DNA of 53,692 nt from NCBI GenBank assembly GCA_964457725.1, contig CAYWGQ010000005.1:1-53692 (forward strand), given 5' to 3'. Of this stretch, positions 35,978 to 45,004 are shown in pieces. The DNA comes from an uncultured Gammaproteobacteria bacterium. Lineage in GTDB: Bacteria > Pseudomonadota > Gammaproteobacteria > Steroidobacterales > Rariloculaceae. The position numbers and the translations under genes were made by a program. Within the stretch, counting starts at the first letter, position 1, and the number at the start of each line of letters is the position of its first letter. The notes beneath the pieces were generated by a model. That model made no database searches. It was not told the DNA's origin and was given only the letters and a program-made list of their open reading frames with translations.

Positions 35978-36496
35978 TCACTCCCATTGCAGCAGCAGCC
36001 GCTCGGCCTCGGCGTTGCCGGCGGCGGCTTCGCTGCGCGCCCACTCGCGCAGCGCGTCGAGGCGCTCGGTGGCGGCTTGGGTCATGCCGTGATCGCGCGC
36101 GACGGTGTACCACCGGTAAGCCTGGAACGGATCCGGCTCCGGCAACAGGCTCGATTGCGGCGAGTGATGGGCGGGATCGTTCATCGTCGCGAGCGCGAAG
36201 GCCGATGGACCGTGCTCGGCCCGCGCCGCGAAGAAATAGAGGAGCTGCGCGTCGGCGAGCTGCCCCGCCTGCTGGAACTCCTGCGCGCGGGAGAACGCGG
36301 CGTCGTAGTCGACGCTGCCGCCGCGCTCGAGATCGGCGATGACGCCGCGGGCGTCCTCGGCGCGCTCGGGGCCCGTGATCGGCGCGTCCTCCGGCCCGCG
36401 CGCCCGGTCGTCGGGCATGAACACCGAGAAGAGGATGCCTGCCGCGACGAGCACGGCTACGGCGGCGATACCGATTGTCCAGATTCGGCTGCTCAT
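35978..36496 (-). CDS. Membrane-anchored Sel1/TPR-like helical protein (172 aa)
   Basis: ATG 36496; N-terminal TM; AQLLYFFAARAEHGPSAFALATMNDP, AYRWYTVA, AAAGNAEAERLL; 3 nt from the vWA gene start. Confidence 0.75.
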   Translation of the reverse strand: MSSRIWTIGIAAVAVLVAAGILFSVFMPDDRARGPEDAPITGPERAEDARGVIADLERGGSVDYDAAFSRAQEFQQAGQLADAQLLYFFAARAEHGPSAFALATMNDPAHHSPQSSLLPEPDPFQAYRWYTVARDHGMTQAATERLDALREWARSEAAAGNAEAERLLLQWE

Positions 36497-36646
36497 CCGT
36501 ATCTCGATCTTGTGTACTCCCGATCTTGCCGCAAGATCGGCGCGAACGCGAACGCAATTCGCCATTGTGCGCCGGCAGGGCCGACAACCCTTTGAGCGGC
36601 CGGCGCGCGAAGCGGTTCCGGCGGCGCCGCGGAGTATCATCGGGCG

Positions 36647-38905
36647 ATGGCTTTCCGCCGTCCGCTTGCCATCCGCGATCGGCCTCGACGGCCCGGCCGG
36701 CGCCGCCTCGGCCGCTCCGGCCTCGAGATCGCGGCGGTGCTCGCCGCGGTCGCGGCCGCGTACACGCTCGCGAGCCTGATCGCCGTGCCGCTGCTCGTCG
36801 AGCGCGCGGCCGCGCGCTACGCGGCACGGTCGCCGGAGCACGCGGCGGCGGCCGCGCGCGTCAGCTTCAATCCGCTCACGGGAACCGTCGAGCTGCTCGA
36901 CGTCGTCTGGGTCGAGCCGGCAGCGGGAATTTCGCTCGCGGCGCCGCGCGTAACGGCGGAGATCGGCATCGCGTCGCTGCTCGAGCGCCGCCTCGCGCTC
37001 GACGCGCTGACCGTCACCGAGCCCCGCGTCGCGCTGCGCTGGCCGCCGCGGCCCGGCGCGCCGCTCGGCGTGTTGAGCGGCGGCTCCGCACGGATCGACC
37101 GTCTCGAGCTGAACGACGGCGCGTTGGCGCTTGCACCGTCCGCTACCGGCGGCGCCGACGGCGCCCGCCCGCTCGGCCGCGGGACTCTCCTTATAGAGGG
37201 GCTCGACGGACGCGCACCGGCCGGCACCCGCTACGCCCTCCGCTTCACCGCGGCGACCGGTGCCGAGATCGACCTGACCGGCGAGCTGACGCCGCCGCTC
37301 GGCCTCGCGAGCGGCCGGCTCCACACGAGCTCGCTCGACGTCGCGGCGCTCGCGCCCCGGCTCGACGCGCGGCTCGCGGCCGCAGCGCCGTCGGGCCGCC
37401 TCGCCGTCGCCGGCGACTACGTGCTGACGGCCGCCGACGGCGGCTGGCATTTGGAGCTTCCTGCCGCGCGGGTCGAGCTCGACGATCTGCGCTTCGCGCC
37501 GCTGCCCGGCGTCGCCGTGCGTGCGCCGAGCGTCATGGTCGACGTCCACGCGCTCGTGCGTCACGCGGAAGGCGAAGCGCGCACGGCCGCATCGGCTCGG
37601 CTCGATCGTGCGGGCTTCGAGATCGAGGATTCGCGCTTCGGCGCTTCGATGACGTTCGCGCTCACCGACGTCGCGGGCGTCGTCGCGCTCGACGATCCCC
37701 GCGTGCCGGAAACCTCGGGCGTCGCGATCGAGATCGACGGCCGGCTCGACGGCGGCGGCGCCGCGTCGTTCGCCGCGAGGTTTCCGGGTCCGGAACGGGA
37801 GCCGACCGCCGACGGCCGAGCGACGGTCGCGCTCGAGGCGGCGGACGTTCCCGCAACGCTGCTCGCGCCGGCCGCATCGAGCGTGCTCGATCGCGGCATG
37901 ACGGCCGGGCGCGTCGACCTGGCCGTCGAGTACTCCCGCGAGCTGCGCGGCGCTGCGATCGACGGGCGCGTGACGGTCGCCGCGACGGGGCTCGAGCTCG
38001 ACGGCGATCTCGACGGCCGCTGGCCGCTCGGCCTCGCGCTGTCGACCGACGCGGAGCGGCGGACGGAGCTCACGGCGCCGATCGGCGCGCCCGCTCTTGC
38101 GGGCGCTGCCGGGGCTGCGAACGAGGCAGCTGCCGCGGCTGTGGCGGTGACGGCAAGCGGCGGGCCGGCTCGCCTCGACGGAGCGCTGGCCGCCGCGCTC
38201 GCCGTGCGCACTCGGCTCGAAGCCATCGCAGCCGATCCGTTCGCGACGCTCGCGGCGCTCGTCGGCCGGGAGCCTTTCCTGCTGCGCGCGGTCGAGTTCG
38301 AGCCGGGCACCGCGGAGCTGTCACCGGCCGGCGTACAGACGGTCGACGCGCTAGCCGAAGCGCTCGACGCGCGCCCGCTGCTCGCGCTCGCCGCCGGCGG
38401 CGGCTTCGATCCGCGCGCGGACCGCGATGCCTTGGCGACGAGGCAAATCGAGCTGCACGTCACCCTCGCGACGGCCGGAGCGGCCCCGCAGGCGCGCCCG
38501 CGGCCGGTCGACTTCGCGTCGGCGCGTGCGCAAGACATCCTCGACGAGTTCGCGCGCGAGCGCGTGCCGCCGGCCCGCCTCGAAGCGATCGCCGCGCGGT
38601 TTCGTTTCGATCCGAGCTGGGCGCCCGACGCCCCCGCCCGCGTCGCTTACTACCGGGCGCTGTTCGACGCGCTCGTTGCGAACGAGACGATCGCCGACGG
38701 TGCGCTCGAGCGCCTCGGCCGCTTCCGCGGCCGCTCGATCGCCGCAGCGCTCACCGAACGCGGCGTCGCCCCCGACCGGATCGAGGTCGGCGAAACCGCC
38801 GGCACGGTCACTGCCGGCCCGCAAGGCGTCGCCGTCCCGCTCGAGGTCCGCACGGTCCCGCTCGCCCCGCCGCACTCCGTTGAATTGGCAGCGAGTTTGC
38901 TCTAG
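36647..38905 (+). CDS. DUF748-domain protein (AsmA-like clan) with OmpA-like C-terminal region
   Basis: N-terminal TM, then RVSFNPLTG...SLLERRLALDALTVTEP; long beta-rich body; PFATLAALVG...VEFEPGTAEL...LAEALDARP; LERLGRFR...GVAPDRI. Confidence 0.75.
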   Translation: MAFRRPLAIRDRPRRPGRRRLGRSGLEIAAVLAAVAAAYTLASLIAVPLLVERAAARYAARSPEHAAAAARVSFNPLTGTVELLDVVWVEPAAGISLAAPRVTAEIGIASLLERRLALDALTVTEPRVALRWPPRPGAPLGVLSGGSARIDRLELNDGALALAPSATGGADGARPLGRGTLLIEGLDGRAPAGTRYALRFTAATGAEIDLTGELTPPLGLASGRLHTSSLDVAALAPRLDARLAAAAPSGRLAVAGDYVLTAADGGWHLELPAARVELDDLRFAPLPGVAVRAPSVMVDVHALVRHAEGEARTAASARLDRAGFEIEDSRFGASMTFALTDVAGVVALDDPRVPETSGVAIEIDGRLDGGGAASFAARFPGPEREPTADGRATVALEAADVPATLLAPAASSVLDRGMTAGRVDLAVEYSRELRGAAIDGRVTVAATGLELDGDLDGRWPLGLALSTDAERRTELTAPIGAPALAGAAGAANEAAAAAVAVTASGGPARLDGALAAALAVRTRLEAIAADPFATLAALVGREPFLLRAVEFEPGTAELSPAGVQTVDALAEALDARPLLALAAGGGFDPRADRDALATRQIELHVTLATAGAAPQARPRPVDFASARAQDILDEFARERVPPARLEAIAARFRFDPSWAPDAPARVAYYRALFDALVANETIADGALERLGRFRGRSIAAALTERGVAPDRIEVGETAGTVTAGPQGVAVPLEVRTVPLAPPHSVELAASLL

Positions 38906-38933
38906 GGTCGATTCATCTCGGGGAGGGTTCCAG

Positions 38934-39430
<497 letters not shown>

Positions 39431-39434
<4 letters not shown>

Positions 39435-41824
39435 GCACGATACGGACACTCGAGCTGCCGCGCGCCGTCGAAGAGGCGCTGCGCAGAGTCAATCCGGCCA
39501 CGTCGCGCCGGAGCTTCCTCAAAGCCTCCGGCGCGCTCGTGTTCAGCTTCGGCGTCAACGCCGTGCCGGCGGGCCGCGTGCTCGCGCAAGCGGCGGGAGG
39601 CGCCGAGGCCGGGCCGTATCCGGATCCCGACTTCCGTCAGCTCGACACGTGGATCGTCATCCACCCGGACAACACCGCGACCTTCTACGTCGGCAAGACG
39701 GACGGCGGCCAGGGGACCGGCACCGCGTTCCGGCAATTGATGTGCGACGAGCTCGACCTCGCGTACGAGCAGTCGAGCCTCGTGATGGGCAGCACCGACA
39801 TCACGCCGGATCAGGGCGGCTCCGGCGGCTCGGACGCGATCGAGCGCGACGGCTGGCCGATGCGGCGAGTCGCGGCCGAGGCGCGGCGCGTGCTGCTCGA
39901 GCTCGCGTCCGAGCGGCTGCAGACGCCGGTCGCCGGGCTCACGGTCCGCGACGGCACGATCTTCGTCACGGCCGATCCGTCGCGAAGGGTCACGTACGCC
40001 GAGCTCGTCGGCGGCAAGCGGTTCGACGTCGCGCTGACTGGGCGCAACGTCGACGACACGCGCGGGCAAGCCGAGATCAAGCCGGTCAACGAGCTGAAGA
40101 TCGTCGGGCAGTCCGTGCCGCGCTACGACATCCCGGCGAAGGTCGACGGCTCGTTGACGTGGGCCGTCGACGTGCGCGTGCCCGGCATGCTGCACGCGCG
40201 AAACGTGCGCCCGCCCGTTGCCGGCGCGACGGTCCGGAGCATCGACGAATCGTCGGTCGCGAACGTACCGGGCTTCGTCCGCGTCGTGCGCCGCGGCAAC
40301 TACGTCGCGGTCGTCTGCGAGCGCGAGGAGCAGGCGATCCGCGCGGCGCGCGAGCTGAAGGTCGAGTGGGCGCCGCCGGCGGCAGCGCCGTTCCCGCCGT
40401 CGGACGAGCTCTTCGACTACATCCGGCGCGCGGCGCCGACGTCGAGCGAGGAGCCCCAGGTCGACGGCGATCCGGACGCGGCGCTCGCGAGCGCCGCGCG
40501 CGTGGTCGAGGCCGAGTACGAGGTGCCGTTCCAGGGGCACACCGCGATCGGGCCCGCGCACGCGCTCGCGGATCCGTCCGACGGACAGCTGACGATCTAC
40601 TCGAACGACATGAAGTCGTACGGCCTGCGGAACGGCGTCGCGCGGTTCCTGAACCTGCCGCGCGAGCGCGTGCGCGTCGTCTACATGGACGGGCCGCAGG
40701 TGTACGGGCGCACGGCCGCCGACGACGTCGGCTTCGAGGCCGCGTTTCTCGCGCACGAGCTCGGCCGCCCGGTCCGCGTGCAGTGGATGCGGGACGAGGA
40801 GACGGCGTGGGACACGAAAGGCCCCGCGTACACGTTCAAGCTTCGCGGCGGGCTCGATGCGCAGGGCAAGCCGGTCGCGCTCGAGTACGACGCGCGCGCG
40901 GTCGACTACGCGCACTTGGGCTACAACGAGCCGGACACGGTGCTGATCGCGCAGCTGATGGGCATCCGGCCCGAGCGGCCGGCGTCCGGCCGCGCCGAGA
41001 CGCCGTCCGTGCAGTACGCGATCCCGAACCGGCGGTTGACCGCGCACGTCGTCGGTCTGCCGCTGGTCTGGGAGACACCGCTCCGCACCGGCAACTTGCG
41101 CGACCCGAACGGGCCGCAGGTCACGTTCGCGTTCGAGTCGTTCATCGACGAGCTCGCGGCGGCCGCGAACGCCGATCCGGTCGAGTTCCGGCTGGACCTG
41201 ATCGCGAACGGCGAGGAGGACGGGATGTTCCGCCGCGCCCGGTCGCTCGCGGTCGTGCGCGCGGCCGCGGAAGCCTACGGCTGGGACACGCGGCCGTCGC
41301 CGAATCCGCGGCTCCGCGAGGCGCGCGGTCCGGTGCTGACCGGCCGCGGCATCGCGTACACGTATCGAAACGGCACGGTCGTCGCGGTGATCGCCGAGGC
41401 CGACGTGAACCGCGAGACCGGCCGCGTCTGGGTCAAGCGCCTCGTCTGCGCGCACGACTGCGGCCTCGTCGTGAATCCGCAGGGTTTGAGCCACACGGTC
41501 GAGTGCGGCATGCTGCACGGCCTGAGCCGCGCGCTGTGGGAAGAGGTGCGGTTCGACGGCGAGAAGGTGTTGAGCGTCGACTGGGCGACGCATCCGACGA
41601 TGCGCCACTCCGATACGCCGGAGCGGGTCGACGTCGTGATCGTCAACGGCGACCCGAACCCGAACCGTCCCGACCTGCCGCCGTACGGCGCGGGCGAAGC
41701 GAGCCACAAGCCGGTGATCGCCGCGGTTGCGAACGCGATCTACGATGCGACGGGCGTGCGGCTGCGCCGCGTGCCGTTCCGGCCGGAGCGCGTGCTCGCG
41801 GCGCTGCGCTCGGCGCAGACGTAA
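39431..41824 (+). CDS. Molybdopterin-binding subunit, xanthine dehydrogenase family (IorB-like), Tat-exported
   Basis: ATGA overlap; SRRSFLK; GKTDGGQGTGT, DIPAKVDG, PGMLHA, FAFESFIDELA, HDCGLVVNP, GAGE, ANAIYDATGVRLRRVPF. Confidence 0.93.
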
Positions 41825-41863
41825 CCGCGACCGACGGCACGCCCGCCGACGCACCGACCCCCG

Positions 41864-42033
41864 GTAGGAGCGGCTGTCCAGCCGCGACCCGCGGCTGCGC
41901 GACAGCCGGCGTCGCGGCGATCGCGGCTGGACAGCCGCTCCTACGGTCGAGTTTGCCGCCCCGTTATTCGAAGCGGCCCGCCGCTTCGCGACGGCCGGCG
42001 TCGCGGCGGTCGCGGCTGGACAGCCGCTCCTAC
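41864..42033. repeat. REP cluster (one forward, two reverse) between convergent genes
   Basis: Forward 41864-41887; reverse 41921-41944 and 42010-42033. Confidence 0.9.
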
Positions 42034-42061
42034 GGTCGGGTTGCCGCCCCGTTATTCGAAG
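41898..42061. repeat. Near-tandem direct duplication of about 75 bp (period 89) containing a REP and a gene 3' end
   Basis: 41898-41973 and 41987-42061 are nearly identical; both end in GCCGCCCCGTTATTCGAAG. Confidence 0.85.
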
Positions 42062-43503
42062 TCGAACAGCGCCTCGCTCGGGTCGGGGCGCTGCATGCCC
42101 TGCTCGTGGTACTGCTCCCAGATCTTCGCCCACGGGCGGCCGAACATGTCCGGCACCTCGTACTCGAACTTCGCGCCCGGCGTCAGCGGCGTCGAGATGC
42201 CGTTCACCGGGAACAGCGTCTGGATGCATTCGATGTACGCGTACGGGGCGCCCGAGTCGAGCGGCGCGCTCTTGCGAAAATTGCGGACGATCCGGATCGG
42301 CTCGGCCAGGGCTTCCGGGTCGTAGAACACGGCTTCGTGATTGAAGCCGGTGACGTTGCCCGCGGCGTTCCGCTGCGGCGTGTAGATCTCGATCGTCTGC
42401 ATCTGGTTCGAGAACTCGAACGCGCCGTGCGCGGTCCACGGTTGGATGTTCGACGTCCAGGTGATCAGCGCGTCGCCGTCCCAGAAGCCGATCGTCTCGC
42501 CGTACCAGCGCGGCACGTCGGCGCCCAAGCGCGGCACGGCGCCGTCCATGTCGAACTCGCGGCCGACGTGCACCTGCGTGATGAAGTTGCGGGCGACGCC
42601 GGTCAGGATCTGCACGAGATCGGGCGTGACCAGCACCTGATGCGGATTGATGCCGGGATTCACCGCGGCGAAATACCACCGCCGCATGAAGCCTTCCGGC
42701 CAGCAATACGTGGATGGCCACTGCGGCGCGTTCGTGACGCCCTGGTGGTAGAGGTCCTGGACCATCCGCGTCTGATACTCGGGCGTCAAGAGCGACAGGA
42801 TCGTCGGGATCTGGTTCACGAACATCATCGCGTACCAGTGCTCGAGCAGGTCGACCGGCTCGTAGTAGCCGCTCCAGTCCGTCGGCAGCGTCGTGTAGTC
42901 GTGTTGCGTCGGGCCGCCGCGCCGGCGCGTCTCCTCGAGCAGCGTCTCGAACGGGTACGGGCTCACGATCGCCTCGCGCGGATAGTCCCGGTCGCAGTAT
43001 CCCCATGCGGCCGTCCGCGGCGGATCGTCGCCGATCGTCGGCGGCGCGAGCGCGCCGCGCGCGGTCTCTAGACCTTGCGGGCTGTTGCAGCGGAAGTAGC
43101 GGGGATCGCTCCAGAGCTCACGGTCCCGGTAGAAGTCCTTCGACGTGAAGAGATCGATCGGCAGCGGCTCGATGTCGTCCGGCACGTCGCCGTTCCACGC
43201 CGAGCCGAACCGGAGCTCCGGCGCGGGCGTGCCGTCCTCGCTCGGCGGGCCGAGCATGAGCCGCATCGGACCGACCCACGGGAAGCTCTGCGCGCGCTCG
43301 ACGATCTGCTGCATCTGCTCGGGGTCCGGCTGCCCCTGAGGCAGGCCTTGCGGGAACAGCGGCGGCAGCGACGCCGCGAGAGGCGCGCCGCGGCCGACGC
43401 TCCTGAAGCCCGGGTCCGCGACTTGCTGCGCGACCGCAGGCGTCGCGATCGTGACGATGGCCGCCGCGGCAGCGGTCACCAACGTGCTCGGCTTTTCGAA
43501 CAT
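42052..43503 (-). CDS. Exported hypothetical protein (483 aa) with C-terminal DUF6152-partner-like domain
   Basis: Signal peptide; [38 protein letters not shown]. Confidence 0.8.
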   Translation of the reverse strand: MFEKPSTLVTAAAAAIVTIATPAVAQQVADPGFRSVGRGAPLAASLPPLFPQGLPQGQPDPEQMQQIVERAQSFPWVGPMRLMLGPPSEDGTPAPELRFGSAWNGDVPDDIEPLPIDLFTSKDFYRDRELWSDPRYFRCNSPQGLETARGALAPPTIGDDPPRTAAWGYCDRDYPREAIVSPYPFETLLEETRRRGGPTQHDYTTLPTDWSGYYEPVDLLEHWYAMMFVNQIPTILSLLTPEYQTRMVQDLYHQGVTNAPQWPSTYCWPEGFMRRWYFAAVNPGINPHQVLVTPDLVQILTGVARNFITQVHVGREFDMDGAVPRLGADVPRWYGETIGFWDGDALITWTSNIQPWTAHGAFEFSNQMQTIEIYTPQRNAAGNVTGFNHEAVFYDPEALAEPIRIVRNFRKSAPLDSGAPYAYIECIQTLFPVNGISTPLTPGAKFEYEVPDMFGRPWAKIWEQYHEQGMQRPDPSEALFDFE

Positions 43504-43607
43504 ATCGACCTCGAGGCGATCAGCGCGTCGCGCGAGTGTAGCGCACGGCCATCAGCCGCGCGCGAGTCCAAGGAACCGGCTCACGGCATCGTTCGCCGTG
43601 CGTTCCA

Positions 43608-44816
43608 TCAGCTCGCGCCGGCCAACGTGCCGAGCCGCGGCGCACGCGGGTACTTCCGGCCGTTCAAGATCCCGCCGATGAACGTCGGCCGAACCAGGTA
43701 GTGATAGCTCGCGAGCAGCACGGCGAGCGACGCACCGACGATGAGCGGGAACTTGATCGCCCAATGCAGCGGCACCCGCATCAGCACCACCTGCAGCGCG
43801 AACACGATCGGCAGGTGCGCGAGGTACAGCCAGTAGGACGAGTCCGCGAGGTAGCGGCGCACCGGGCTCGGGTCGCTGCAGAAACGCATCGCCGCCCCGA
43901 TGAGCCCGAAGCACCAGTACCAGATCGAGAGCGCATAGCTCGCGGTGTAGTACAGGCGCAGCGATTCCGGGCCGTCGATCGTCGTCATTGCCGCGAGGTT
44001 CGGCACCGGCCCGACGAGCGCGAGGCAAGCCGCCGTGAGCGCCACCGCGACCGCGAGGTTCACGACCCACTGGCGCTCGAGCACCGCGAGCAGATCCGTT
44101 TGCCGATGCAGCACCCAGCCGAGCGCGAACGCGGTGCCGAAGCCGGTGAGCGCGGGCACCTTCGGAGTGAAGCCGGTGTCCGGCGTCGGGATGCCGAACC
44201 AGACCTGCCATCCCTCGTTCGAGTACAGCACCGCGCCGATCGGCACCGCGAGCACGACCGGGGCGAGGAAGCTGCGGATGCCGACGCGGAGCGCCGAATC
44301 GAGCCTCGCACGAAGCGTGCCGCCGCGGTCGAGCAACGCGACGAACGCCGCGCGCAACCCGATCGCGAGCACGTACAGGATGCACAGGTAATACAGGAAC
44401 CACAGATGCGTCAGCGGGAAGCCCTGCGGCGCCATCGTCGCCGGATCGACGCCCTCGGGCGGCCCGTCCGGGAACGTCCGCGTGAGCCCCCAGATCACGA
44501 CCGCGATCGTCGGCGGCGCGATCACGAACCAACCGGCCGTCAGCGGCAAGAGAATGCGCTTCGCACGGTCCCTCGCGAACGTCCGCAGGCCTTTGCGATA
44601 TACCACCATGTGCGCGAAGAAGCCCGCGATCATGAAGAACAGGCACATCCGAAAGATGTGGATCACGTAGAACGCCACCGCGAACGTCGCGCTCTGCGAG
44701 ACGTCCTGCGCGGGGATCGGCAGGAAGAACGACATCGTCGCGTGCAGCACGATCCCGAGCAGCAGGGCGAGCGCGCGTGCGGCATCGAGGGCGTGGAAGC
44801 GATCCTGGTGCGTCAT
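43608..44816 (-). CDS. Acyltransferase family 3 (OpgC/MdoC-like) membrane protein
   Basis: RFHALDAARA...GIVLH, HIFRMCLFFMIAGFF, RAKRILLP, HLWFLYYL, YLADSSYWLYLAHLP; about 10 TMs. Confidence 0.9.
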   Translation of the reverse strand: MTHQDRFHALDAARALALLLGIVLHATMSFFLPIPAQDVSQSATFAVAFYVIHIFRMCLFFMIAGFFAHMVVYRKGLRTFARDRAKRILLPLTAGWFVIAPPTIAVVIWGLTRTFPDGPPEGVDPATMAPQGFPLTHLWFLYYLCILYVLAIGLRAAFVALLDRGGTLRARLDSALRVGIRSFLAPVVLAVPIGAVLYSNEGWQVWFGIPTPDTGFTPKVPALTGFGTAFALGWVLHRQTDLLAVLERQWVVNLAVAVALTAACLALVGPVPNLAAMTTIDGPESLRLYYTASYALSIWYWCFGLIGAAMRFCSDPSPVRRYLADSSYWLYLAHLPIVFALQVVLMRVPLHWAIKFPLIVGASLAVLLASYHYLVRPTFIGGILNGRKYPRAPRLGTLAGAS

Positions 44817-45004
44817 CGGCCCGACCCTCGACCTCGCTTGCGAGACGGTTCCTAATCATAAACATTTCGGGGTCTTCCGCCGCATTTTTTCGGCGGGTTC
44901 TCGGGCGAACCGGCGGTTCCGGACCCGCCCCTTCTCGCGGTCGCGACGCCCGGCGGGCCCCCTGCTAAGCTTTTGCGTCAGCCCCGAGGGAGACCGGCCC
45001 CAGG

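Noticed and set aside
32078-36496. Calling this locus a type VI secretion system
   Set aside because: No tssA-M, hcp, vgrG, clpV, fha or pppA genes in the window; only accessory-like homologues.
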